This document shows, piece by piece, positions 1 through 8,028 of a DNA stretch of 50,724 nt (position 1 is its first letter; every line of letters starts with the position of its first letter). The position numbers and the translations under genes were made by a program. The notes beneath the pieces were generated by a model, which was given only the letters and a program-made list of their open reading frames with translations, ran no database searches and was not told the DNA's origin. The stretch lies in NCBI GenBank assembly GCA_017860575.1, contig JAGDMS010000007.1, positions 1-50,724 on the forward strand. The letters run 5' to 3'. Source of the DNA: Deltaproteobacteria bacterium (GTDB taxonomy: Bacteria; Desulfobacterota; Binatia; HRBIN30).

Positions 1-291
1 ATCGGTGAGGGAATCCTTATTGTAGCCTTCTGCGTACTGTTCGATCGTCTTGCCGAGATGCTCGTTGATCTTCTGCAAGTCCTTCTGGTAGGCGTCATAG
101 ATCGGCCAGAACCCCTTCGCCTCTTTGTCGGTCAGTTGCAGGTTGTCGGCGACCAGCAACTTCTTGTCGGCCTTGATCTTGTCGCGCAGGATCTGCATGT
201 CGGTGCTGGATGCTTTTCCCTGCGCCTGCAACGCCACCGGGCTGACCGCCAGCAGCAGCCCACACGTAACGAAACACACCAGTTTTCTCAT
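1..291 (-). CDS. Secreted/periplasmic protein of unknown family, N-terminal part only (gene runs off the left edge)
   Basis: Open at the window edge, so it is absent from the ORF track. Reverse-strand ATG at 291-289 has a GGAGGAGG Shine-Dalgarno a few nt upstream. There are 97 stop-free codons. MRKLVCFVTCGLLLAVSPVALQAQGK... reads as a signal peptide, followed by K/D/Q-rich helical sequence. Confidence 0.6.
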   Translation of the reverse strand, partial: MRKLVCFVTCGLLLAVSPVALQAQGKASSTDMQILRDKIKADKKLLVADNLQLTDKEAKGFWPIYDAYQKDLQKINEHLGKTIEQYAEGYNKDSLTD

Positions 292-501
292 CAGAACCTC
301 CTCCTCTTCCAGATTGGACTCACGAAACGAGCCGCAGTGTAACAGGTGCTCCATGTGGTGCAAGTCGCCGGTCAACAGGTGGGGCGGCGGACGTCTTTGG
401 CCGCGCTTGCCGTGGACGGTTGCAGTGCGCCTTACAGGGCTTGCCGAGTGCATTGACTATCGCTGTTGCATCAGTCAAGAGACGCTCACGGGAGGTTGAA
501 C

Positions 502-972
502 ATGAAGCACGTGAACCTCGGGATTTTGGCGATTACGCTCCTGTTCACGACCACTGTCGCTTGGGCGCAATCGGATTCTTTCGTCTACCCGCAGAAGGGG
601 CAGAGCACAGAGCAACAGCAGAAGGACGAGTACGAGTGTTACCAGTGGGCGAAGCAACAGACGGGTGTGGATCCAATGGCCGGTGCTCCGCAGGCGGCGC
701 CCGCGAGCACACCCAAAGGCGGTGCGGTGCGGGGAGGCGCCAGGGGAGCGGCCGTAGGCGCCATCGGGGGCGCCATCGCGGGGGACGCCGGCAAGGGTGC
801 GGCGATCGGTGCTGGTGTCGGGGCGGCCGGAGGTGCGGCCAGAAAGCGTCGAGGAGAGCAGGAGCAGGCCGCGGCGCAGCAGCAGCAACAGGCGGCAAAC
901 CAGCAGCAGCGGGCCACTTACCAACGCGCCTTTGGTGCCTGCATGGAGGGCAGAGGGTACACGGTGAAGTGA
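502..972 (+). CDS. Glycine-zipper family secreted protein
   Basis: Track ORF 466-972. Preferred start is ATG 502, with GGGAGG upstream. Signal peptide MKHVNLGILAITLLFTTTVAWAQ, then the YECYQWAKQQTGVDP motif, a Gly/Ala zipper (GAAVGAIGGAIAGDAGKGAAIGAGVGAAGGAA) and a Q-rich tail. Confidence 0.75.
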   Translation: MKHVNLGILAITLLFTTTVAWAQSDSFVYPQKGQSTEQQQKDEYECYQWAKQQTGVDPMAGAPQAAPASTPKGGAVRGGARGAAVGAIGGAIAGDAGKGAAIGAGVGAAGGAARKRRGEQEQAAAQQQQQAANQQQRATYQRAFGACMEGRGYTVK

Positions 973-1035
973 GCGCGGTCCCTCGTTTGCGCTCTCCCGC
1001 TTCGTGCGCTTCGTCCTCGAGGAGGATGTCTTCCC

Positions 1036-1652
1036 GCGGCTGCCCTCGGCGTCGGCATCGGGTTCGGTCTGCAGGGCGTGATCAACAACTTCGTCTCCGG
1101 CCTGATCCTGCTCTTCGAGCGCCCGATCCGCGTCGGCGACAACATGCAACTCGGCGAGATCGCGGGTGAGATGCGCCGTATCGGCTTGCGCTCCAGCACG
1201 GTGCGCACGTGGGAAGGCGCGGAGTTGATTGTTCCCAATGCGGAGCTGACCTCCCGCGTCGTGACCAACTGGACCCTCTCCGAGCGCCTGCGCCGCATCG
1301 ACGTCCAGGTCGGGGTGGCCTACGGGACGCCGCCGCGCCGGTGATCGAGCTGCTGTTGGCAGTGGCGGGGGCGCACCAAATGGTGGTTGCCGATCCCAGT
1401 CCAATCGCCCTGTTTGTCGGCTTCGGGGACAGCAGCTTGAACTTCGAGTCGCGTGCGTTTACCGATCACACCGAGCGCTGGGCCCTGACGCGCAACGAGT
1501 TGAACCTGGGCGTGCACGACGCGCTGGTCGCCGCCGGCATCACGATTCCGTTTCCGCAGCGGGATGTGCGCCTGTCCGGTGCGGTGTCGGCGGCGTGCGG
1601 AGCCTCCACACCCGCGGCGGGCGATAGTGGGGAACCGGAAAGAGGTCGCTAA
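1036..1652 (+). pseudogene. MscS-family mechanosensitive channel remnant (5'-truncated and frameshifted)
   Basis: Track ORFs 1078-1344 and 1209-1652 together read AAALGVGIGFGLQGVINNFVSGLILLFERPIRVGD...VQVGVAYGTPPR / VIELLLAVAG...FVGFGDSSLNFESRAFT...ITIPFPQRDV. That is the MscS pore helix TM3 plus the beta and C-terminal domains. No TM1/TM2 coding sequence fits between 973 and 1035. The frame changes near 1335-1345. Confidence 0.75.
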
Positions 1653-1916
1653 GATCGGGGCGGGAATCCACCCGTGCTACCAGCACACGGGGACGGGCGT
1701 TTAAGTGCACGGCCAGGTAAAGCACGATTGTTGCAATCTCATTGGCCTGCTGGATTTCAGCGTCGCCGGCGGTGGGCGGGCAGGTGCCCGACGCGGCATC
1801 GCTGTTCGGCCTCGACTTGGATCGTAAGGGCCCTGTGCTCCCGGCAGCCCACGCTGACCGGTCGGCGGGAGTGCCGTTGACTCTCGGCGGTGATGTCGTC
1901 ACCATGGCGGCCGCTG

Positions 1917-2228
1917 ATGCGAAGACTACTGCCAGCGCTGGCCCTCTTGATGACTGTTGCGCTTGGTTGCGGCGACGGCATCGTCATCATTGCTTTCAAC
2001 AGCGGTACGATTGTTTCCGATCCCTCCTGTGGCAGCGGCGCGGGGCGTTTCGACCTGCTGAATCAGGGCGGTCTGACGCTGCTGGTCATCATCAGTAGCG
2101 ATACGGTGATCTTCAACGCCAATGGCCAGACCGCTCATTGCGCGGACCTCAGTAAGGGCAATCACGTCCAGGTGCGCGGTTCGCAGCGCGGTGACCAGAT
2201 CGACGCGCAGTCGGTGACGTTGGAGTAG
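1917..2228 (+). CDS. Small lipoprotein, unknown function
   Basis: Track ORF 1890-2228. The internal ATG at 1917 gives MRRLLPALALLMTVALGCGD, a lipobox (LGC). The mature part is beta-rich and ends ...VQVRGSQRGDQIDAQSVTLE. Confidence 0.55.
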   Translation: MRRLLPALALLMTVALGCGDGIVIIAFNSGTIVSDPSCGSGAGRFDLLNQGGLTLLVIISSDTVIFNANGQTAHCADLSKGNHVQVRGSQRGDQIDAQSVTLE

Positions 2229-2484
2229 TCGAAGTTGGCAACACAACCTATGTGTGGTGAGGCAAGATGATACCGCAATTTCTTCTGGGTGCGTGGTTGC
2301 TGGCCTTTGTGCTGCAGGGTGGTGCTGTCGCGACGGCGTAGGATGAGGCGGTGACGGGGGACGCTGTCGAGGGTATGCCCCTTGGTGGCCAGCCGGTGTA
2401 CGACGAGTCCGCCGGAGCAGATTCAACGATCAAGTGTCGACTATCGACTCATCGGTATTGGCCCATCAGGGCTAGATATTGTGC

Positions 2485-3162
2485 TTAGTCCCGTTTGCTC
2501 CTTGCACCTGAATGCCCGGGCTGCTTCCGACCGTGGGATTTGGTCTTGGGCGTTTGCGGACTCTTTGACTCTGCATCCGCTGCCGCAGCCCGGATTGCCG
2601 CCGCGATGTCGCCGCTCAGGGTCGCGAGCGCGTGGCTGTGCGCGGCGGCGAGGGCGTCGAACTCGGTGCCGTGTGCGGCCTCGCGGCTGGCCGTGCGGCC
2701 CGAGCGCGTGTCCCCGCTGGCGGTCTGGCGGACCGTCCAGACCGCCTCGAGTTCCACCGCGTCGCCTGGGATGGAGTCGAAACGCTGCACGTTGATGGTC
2801 ACCCGATAGGCCGGGTTGAAGTTGGCGATCGGTGCCGCGGCGACTTCAGGCGTCCCGAGCAGCACCGCGAGGTTGCCGGCGACGGCGCGCGCGATGCCGT
2901 CGCTCAGCGGCGCGGCCCAGCGATGGAATTCGTCGAACTCGACACGGTTCGGTGCGGCTTGGACCACAAACTGCGGCCGGTCAACCGTGGCCGGGATGGA
3001 GATGGGTCCGACCATGACGGTGGCGTGTGCGGTCGGCGGCGCGTCGGCCGCGGTCACCGTGGAGGCGAGGGTGTAGAACCGCGCCGTCGGCGAAGCGCTG
3101 CACCCGGCGGCGGCTGCCGCGACGCATGCGATCGAGAGTAGATGCGTGATCCGGTTCGCCAT
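2485..3162 (-). CDS. pqiC: PqiC/YmbA-family (DUF330) transport-auxiliary lipoprotein
   Basis: Track ORF 2485-3165. Lipobox AAAAGCS, then RFYTL...FDEFHRWAAPL...VTINVQRFD, typical of the family. It lies immediately downstream of pqiB; its start overlaps the pqiB stop (GTGATG at 3165-3160). Confidence 0.8.
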   Translation of the reverse strand: MANRITHLLSIACVAAAAAGCSASPTARFYTLASTVTAADAPPTAHATVMVGPISIPATVDRPQFVVQAAPNRVEFDEFHRWAAPLSDGIARAVAGNLAVLLGTPEVAAAPIANFNPAYRVTINVQRFDSIPGDAVELEAVWTVRQTASGDTRSGRTASREAAHGTEFDALAAAHSHALATLSGDIAAAIRAAAADAESKSPQTPKTKSHGRKQPGHSGARSKRD

Positions 3163-4730
3163 CACTTCGCCTCCCCTGTCTTGCCACGAATGAGCGCCTC
3201 CGGGTGGCGCTCGAGATAGTCGGCGAGCACGCGCAATGCGCGCGCCGCACGGCTGACCTCCTGGAGCGTATTGCCCAGCTCAGTTCCCAGCACGGAGTTG
3301 GGCTCGATGAGCTTGTCCGCGTTGTCGAGCGTGCGGTGTCCGCTCAGGAGCGTCTGATTGAGTTCGGCGAGCGCCACGTGGAGGTCGCCGCCGATCTCTT
3401 TGAACGGTACCTGGTCGAGCTTCTTGACGATGTTGGCCACGCTCGCTTCGATCCCCTCGAGCGCGCCGGGCACGGTCGGGAGTTGCACCGGCGTCTGTGA
3501 CCAGTCCACGGTTGCCGGGGCCGCATCGGGAAAGAAGTCGATCGCCACCAACATGGCCCCGGTCAGCAGACTGCCCGACCGCAGTTGCGCACGGACCCCG
3601 TGTGCAATCAGGCTGTCGAACATCTGCCGCCGAACGGTGGCGAAATCCGCGCCGGGTTGCATGTCGACGATCTTCACCCCGAACCGCTGCGCGTCCAGGC
3701 TGATGGTGACCGGCGCGGAGAACTCGAAGGTCTTCGCGTCGATCTGGGCGCTGATGTCCAAGACCTCCCCGACAGGAATTCCCCGGAACTCCACGGGGGC
3801 GCCGGGCGTAAGCCCGCGGACCGATTGCTTGAAAACAAGCACGAACGTCTGCGGAGCACGGGCGGACAGCCTGAAGGCATCGGTGCGGTTGTTGAACAGG
3901 GTGAAGACCGTGTCCGCCTCTGCCGGCGGCAGGGCCGGTCCGGTCGCGGGCGTTTCGAAGGCAATACCACCCACCAGGACGGACAGCACGGACTGGGTCT
4001 GCACGTTGAGGCCGTTCGCGGAGAGCGATACGTCGATGCCACTGGCGTGCCAGAAACGCGTGTTCGGCGTTACGTATTGATCGTAGGGCGCGCGCACAAA
4101 GACCTTGACGTTCAGCAGTTGCCCGTCCTTCTCGAACTCGTACGACGCGACCTGGCCGACCTGCAGCCGCCGGAAGAAGACCGGTGTGCCGGTGTCAAGC
4201 GAGCCCAGGTCCGGGGTCTTCAGCATGAAAAAGCGGCCGGGAATGTCGCCGGTGATCACCGGCGGCGTGTCAAGCGCCACGAAGTCGCGCCGGTGCTCGC
4301 GCGCGCGGCCGATCTCCATGGCGACGTAGGCCCCGGAAATGAGGGTCCCCAAGCCGCTGACGGTGGCACCCGAGATCCGTGGGCGCACGACCCAGAACTT
4401 CGTGTCTTCGACGAAAAAGCCCTCCGTCTTGGGCTCCATCTGTGCCGTGGTGATCACCCGCTGGTGGTCGTCGGAGAGCCGGATCGTGGTAATGAGGCCC
4501 ACCTCCACGCCGTTATAGTTGATCTTGGTCTTCCCGGCCTCGAGTCCCTCGGCCGACCGGAAAACGATGGTAATCTTGGGCCCCTCCGCCAGAATCCGCG
4601 TCACCGCCACCCAGACGCCGAGGAGCGCGGCCACGATCGGGATGAACCAGACGAGGGAGAGGCGCGTGCGCTTCTTGGGGACGGCCCGGGACTCGGGAAC
4701 GTGAGGGAGCAGTGTGTCGTTGTCAGGCAT
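3162..4730 (-). CDS. pqiB: PqiB-type multi-MCE-domain intermembrane transport protein
   Basis: 522 aa. N-terminal TM helix (LSLVWFIPIVAALLGVWVAV) followed by repeated MCE/MlaD-like segments (GLEAGKTKINYNGVEVG, FFRRLQVGQV, EFRGIPVGEV). Sits between pqiA and pqiC. Confidence 0.9.
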   Translation of the reverse strand: MPDNDTLLPHVPESRAVPKKRTRLSLVWFIPIVAALLGVWVAVTRILAEGPKITIVFRSAEGLEAGKTKINYNGVEVGLITTIRLSDDHQRVITTAQMEPKTEGFFVEDTKFWVVRPRISGATVSGLGTLISGAYVAMEIGRAREHRRDFVALDTPPVITGDIPGRFFMLKTPDLGSLDTGTPVFFRRLQVGQVASYEFEKDGQLLNVKVFVRAPYDQYVTPNTRFWHASGIDVSLSANGLNVQTQSVLSVLVGGIAFETPATGPALPPAEADTVFTLFNNRTDAFRLSARAPQTFVLVFKQSVRGLTPGAPVEFRGIPVGEVLDISAQIDAKTFEFSAPVTISLDAQRFGVKIVDMQPGADFATVRRQMFDSLIAHGVRAQLRSGSLLTGAMLVAIDFFPDAAPATVDWSQTPVQLPTVPGALEGIEASVANIVKKLDQVPFKEIGGDLHVALAELNQTLLSGHRTLDNADKLIEPNSVLGTELGNTLQEVSRAARALRVLADYLERHPEALIRGKTGEAK

Positions 4731-5364
4731 CGCGCACCTCTTTCACGCTCACGGCATCCCAAATGAGTCGGGGATCGAAGGACTCCACCGCGAGCATTGT
4801 TAGTACCACCACCGCCGCAAAGAAGAACAGGCCGGGCCCCGGTGCCACCGACATGAGCGGCTGGAGCTGCACGAGGGCTGCCGTGAACGCGTCGACGAAC
4901 ACGTCGACCATCGACCAGCGTCCGATGAACTCGACCATCCGGTAGAGCCGGATGCGCTGGGCGTTGTTCGCGATCGAGCCCCGCTGCACGGTGATGAGCA
5001 GATAGATCATCGCAACGATCTTTGCGCTGGGGATCATGATGCTGGCGAACAGCACTATGAGCGACAGCGGCCAGCCGGTCGGCGACCAGAGGAGCACGAC
5101 GCCTTGGAGGATGGTGTCGGACTCGGCACCGGCTGCCGTCGTCGTTGTCAGCACCGGCAGCAGGTTCGCCGGCACGTAGCAGATTGCCGCGGCGATCAGG
5201 TAGGCCCAGGTGCGTTGCACGCTGTCCGGCTTGCGGAATTCCAGTTCCCCATCACAGCGCGGGCAGCGACCTGCGTGCTCGCCAGGCAAAGGCCGCGAGA
5301 GCAGGCCGCAGACCTCGCAGGTTTGCAAGCCGCGCTGCATCGCCGTGACGGCAGGTGTGCTCAT
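4723..5364 (-). CDS. pqiA: PqiA-domain membrane protein (second of two)
   Basis: The upstream part of track ORF 4723-5913 is Arg/Pro-rich junk. The real start is ATG 5364, giving MSTPAVTAMQRGLQTCEVCG...RCPRCDGEL, paired CxxC motifs followed by 4 TM segments. It forms an ATGA overlap with the upstream PqiA-domain ORF stop at 5361. Confidence 0.85.
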   Translation of the reverse strand: MSTPAVTAMQRGLQTCEVCGLLSRPLPGEHAGRCPRCDGELEFRKPDSVQRTWAYLIAAAICYVPANLLPVLTTTTAAGAESDTILQGVVLLWSPTGWPLSLIVLFASIMIPSAKIVAMIYLLITVQRGSIANNAQRIRLYRMVEFIGRWSMVDVFVDAFTAALVQLQPLMSVAPGPGLFFFAAVVVLTMLAVESFDPRLIWDAVSVKEVRDA

Positions 5365-6035
5365 GATGTCGCCTCTTCCAATGGGTCGGGCGCAGCCAAG
5401 CGCGGCGCGTCGGTCGCTGCCCACTCGATGCGATCCCACACCTCTTTGGGATCGAAGTTTGACTGCATCGCGGCGAGCAGGAAGACCAGCGCCCCCAGGG
5501 AATACAGCGCCACGCCCGGAAGGACGGTGGCGAGCTCGGCGATCTTGATGAGCGCGACCAGTACTCCGAGCATCATGACCTCGATCATGCTCCAGAGTCG
5601 GGTGGTCGGCTGGTGCCGGAGCAGCGTCCCAACCCATCGCGGCGCGTGCCGGCGGTGGGCGCCGAGTACGATGCCCAGCATGAGGCTGATCTGCAACGCC
5701 GGCGCGATGATCGCGGTGAACAGCACGAGCACGGCAACGATCTTCTCGTCGTCGTGCCAGAGTTGGACGGCCCCCCCGAACACCGTGGTGAACGCCTGAT
5801 GGCCGACGGCTGTGAGTCCCAGCATCGGGGTGGTGTTGGCGACGACGTAGAGCACCCCCGCCGCACTTGCCAGTGCGAGTGTGCGGTTGAGCGAGTCCTC
5901 GCGGCGGCGCCACAGTTCCCGGTTGCAGCGCGGGCAGCGGGCCGAAGCGCCTGGCGCGATCTGCGGGAGACGCTGCAGGAGGTCACAGTCGGGGCAGCCG
6001 ATGACCCGCGTGTCAGCGAGAGGCCGGTTGTGCAC
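5361..6035 (-). CDS. pqiA: PqiA-domain membrane protein (first of two)
   Basis: Track ORF 5361-6269. Homology begins at ...VIGCPDCDLLQRLPQIAPGASARCPRCNREL, then TM segments. I place the start at GTG 6035 (AAGG 6 nt upstream). An upstream start as far as 6269 is possible but less likely. Confidence 0.7.
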   Translation of the reverse strand: MHNRPLADTRVIGCPDCDLLQRLPQIAPGASARCPRCNRELWRRREDSLNRTLALASAAGVLYVVANTTPMLGLTAVGHQAFTTVFGGAVQLWHDDEKIVAVLVLFTAIIAPALQISLMLGIVLGAHRRHAPRWVGTLLRHQPTTRLWSMIEVMMLGVLVALIKIAELATVLPGVALYSLGALVFLLAAMQSNFDPKEVWDRIEWAATDAPRLAAPDPLEEATS

Positions 6036-6281
6036 GGCGCGCCTTATTACATATCGGATCGAGCGCACACAAGCGCGGGCCCGGTGGCCGGTGTGCTCCG
6101 CAGTCACGAGTGCCGCACTGTGGTTGGATGGCGTCTCGAGCACCACCAGCGGGCGTCGGATGAACGAGCGGGGCCCACCCCTCGGCAGGCTCGCCCAGGG
6201 GCGACCGATTGCCGTTGACACCGAGGAGCCGACTGTGGCCATGATCCGGCTGCATGGGCCCTTTGCCATAGGAAGTTTTCC

Positions 6282-6719
6282 ATGACGTTCCGTGGCAGGA
6301 ACATTTCGTGTCTTTTTGCCCTTGTCGTTGTCGCCGGGTGCTCTTCAACCAAGATCTCCAGCCAGCCGGTTGTCTCCGGCGAGCTGCCTCGGTCCAACAA
6401 TATCTTTGCGTACGATTTCATCAGCACGCCTGCTGATCTCCCGCCTGACTCCTCGATGGTGGGCCAGTTTGCTGAACACAGCACGCCACAAACCCCCGAC
6501 GAAATCGCGGCGGAACGTCAGCTGGGTGCGGAAATGGCGGCGCAGCTGGTGTCGGCGATTCAGGGTATGGGCCTGCCCGCATCGTGGGCGACCAATCAGA
6601 CGATGCTGTCTATCCACGACATTGTGCTTCGCGGGTATCTCTTGTCGATCAAAAACGGGAGCGAAGTACTCTGGGACAGAAGTTGGGCAACGTATTTCGC
6701 GACACCCCGCTCACCCTGA
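6282..6719 (+). CDS. Lipoprotein (possibly DUF4410-like); its 3' end is supplied by an inserted repeat
   Basis: MTFRGRNISCLFALVVVAGCSS carries a lipobox, with AGGAAG upstream. The last ~11 codons and the TGA (6686-6719) lie inside the left inverted-repeat arm of the GIY-YIG unit. Confidence 0.6.
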   Translation: MTFRGRNISCLFALVVVAGCSSTKISSQPVVSGELPRSNNIFAYDFISTPADLPPDSSMVGQFAEHSTPQTPDEIAAERQLGAEMAAQLVSAIQGMGLPASWATNQTMLSIHDIVLRGYLLSIKNGSEVLWDRSWATYFATPRSP

Positions 6720-7115
6720 GCCCGTCGAAGGGTGAGCGCGCACTGGCAGCGGCACCACCATCTGGAGTAGTCTCCGACGGTGGTGTTCTGGAGCTACATA
6801 TTGCAGTGCGCTGATGCGTCCGACTACAGTGCACACACCGACGATCTTGAAGATCGTATCCAGCAACATCAGTCCGGGGCTCTGGGCCGATACCCGAAGA
6901 GTCGCCGTCCCGTTCGCTTGGTCGATTCGCAGGATTTCCCCACCCGCGACGAGGCGTTTGCGGCGGAGCGGCAGGTCAAGGGATGGAGCCGGAAGCAGCA
7001 GGCAGCTCTCAGCAACGGCGCCTGGGAAGAACTCCGGCGGCTGTCTCGCAATAGCCAGCGGGCGTCCGCTCACCCTTCGACAAGCTCAGGGTGAGCGGGG
7101 TTGAGATACGTCGCC
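6686..7115 (+). mobile_element. GIY-YIG nuclease gene bracketed by ~50-bp inverted hairpin-containing arms (REPtron/MITE-parent-like unit)
   Basis: Left arm 6686-6738: GGCAACGTATTTCGCGACACCCCGCTCACCCTGAGCCCGTCGAAGGGTGAGCG. The reverse complement of right arm 7067-7115 is GGCGACGTATCTCAACCCCGCTCACCCTGAGCTTGTCGAAGGGTGAGCG. Each arm holds a 9-bp-stem hairpin (CGCTCACCC/GGGTGAGCG). Similarity of the right flank to the 36.7-kb copy continues to about 7139. Confidence 0.7.
6780..7094 (+). CDS. Small stand-alone GIY-YIG (URI-domain) nuclease family protein
   Basis: (M)VFWSYILQCADASDYSAHTDDLEDRIQQHQSG...RRPVRLV...RDEAFAAERQVKGWSRKQQ follows the GIY..YIG..R..H..E..K pattern of ~100-aa GIY-YIG proteins. 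The C-terminal ...RASAHPSTSSG and the stop codon are encoded by the right hairpin arm. Confidence 0.8.
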   Translation: MVFWSYILQCADASDYSAHTDDLEDRIQQHQSGALGRYPKSRRPVRLVDSQDFPTRDEAFAAERQVKGWSRKQQAALSNGAWEELRRLSRNSQRASAHPSTSSG

Positions 7116-7302
7116 ATAATTATGCCAACGTATACTTAGAAACACGGGAAGAATTCGTCGGTGGCTGCAGGCCTCCGTGCCTGCAGCGTAGGTGTTGAGA
7201 TAGCCGCTTCATTCCCTGGCGGCGCAGAAGACGCGTCATCACCATCAGCTTGCGCCAGCCAGTGGATCTAGCTCACAATGCTTCGCACCAATGAAGGAGG
7301 GC

Positions 7303-7932
7303 ATGATGCACAAGACAACGAATACGGTAGGGGGTGGTCAGGTTGGCGCGGTTGCGTTCCGGAAAGCTGGGCTTATCACAATCGGGTTGCTGGTCGGTGC
7401 GATGGGGTGCGCCACCATGTCACAATCGGGGAGCGGCGGTGCACCGGTGGAAAAGTATTCCGCCACGGTCCAAGTGGGATCGGGAGCGGGCCAGGGGAAT
7501 GTCCCGGTGATCATCACCATTCGGTCGTACACCAGCGATGCGGAAGCGGCGCAACTGGTGCAGACCCTGCGCACGCAGGGGCCCGACGGCCTGGTGGATG
7601 TCATGCGTAAGCTCGACGGCAAGGGCAATTTCGCGCCAGCCATGGCGATGAGCCAGGAACTGAAGGTGATCCGCGCCGTCAAGACGCCGAACGGACGGCA
7701 GTTGCGCATGCTGCTCGACCGGCCGATCGGGTTTCTCGAGGGCAGGATCGGCGCGCGGACGCTGACCTACCAGGTTGGGATCATCGTCATCAACCTGGAT
7801 GCGAACGGCAAGGGCGATGGGCAGATGATCGTTGCCGCCCGGCCCTCGTTCGACAAGAACAACGAGCTGGTGATCGAGAAGTTCGATTTCGACCCAGTCC
7901 TTGTGAAGGATGTCGCCCCGCTGGCGAACTGA
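7303..7932 (+). CDS. Lipoprotein, unknown function
   Basis: Track ORF 7291-7932. AAGGAGG precedes the ATG at 7303. The lipobox is LLVGAMGCA. I recognise no family motifs. Confidence 0.7.
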   Translation: MMHKTTNTVGGGQVGAVAFRKAGLITIGLLVGAMGCATMSQSGSGGAPVEKYSATVQVGSGAGQGNVPVIITIRSYTSDAEAAQLVQTLRTQGPDGLVDVMRKLDGKGNFAPAMAMSQELKVIRAVKTPNGRQLRMLLDRPIGFLEGRIGARTLTYQVGIIVINLDANGKGDGQMIVAARPSFDKNNELVIEKFDFDPVLVKDVAPLAN

Positions 7933-8028
7933 GGATGCTAGGGCGCCGACGGGTCCTTGAGGACAAAATTAACAGTTCCTGGTTCAGAGAATCCGCGCGG
8001 GCGACCGGCGTGATAGGAGTGGACAGTA

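Noticed and set aside
475-1404. Long antisense or overlapping ORFs typical of high-GC DNA: 475-1404(-), 3585-4766(+), 9756-10745(+), 15629-16459(+), 21994-23475(-), 25861-27294(+), 35267-36631(-), 48500-49816(-).
   Set aside because: Each overlaps a gene with clear family motifs on the other strand or frame. Their translations are Arg/Pro/Gly/Ala-rich with no recognisable motifs or SD-linked starts.
1650-1800. Minus-strand peptide …GDAEIQQANEIATIVLYLAVHLNARPRVLVARVDSRP…, reminiscent of the C-terminus of short-chain dehydrogenases (…EEIA..VLFLAS…VDGG).
   Set aside because: The resemblance is limited to a short spacing pattern, with no stop codon at the expected place and no upstream Rossmann motif. 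That is insufficient to call a gene remnant.
2267-2341. 24-codon mini-ORF MIPQFLLGAWLLAFVLQGGAVATA with a GGTGAGG upstream, which looks like an isolated signal peptide.
   Set aside because: It is too short, and without comparative or expression data it cannot be told apart from chance or from a leftover 5' end of a deleted gene.
7163-7188. Perfect 8-bp inverted repeat GCTGCAGG-N8-CCTGCAGC downstream of the GIY-YIG unit, considered as a terminator for the disrupted lipoprotein gene.
   Set aside because: No following T tract, and no way to link it to a transcript from sequence alone. Recorded but not called.
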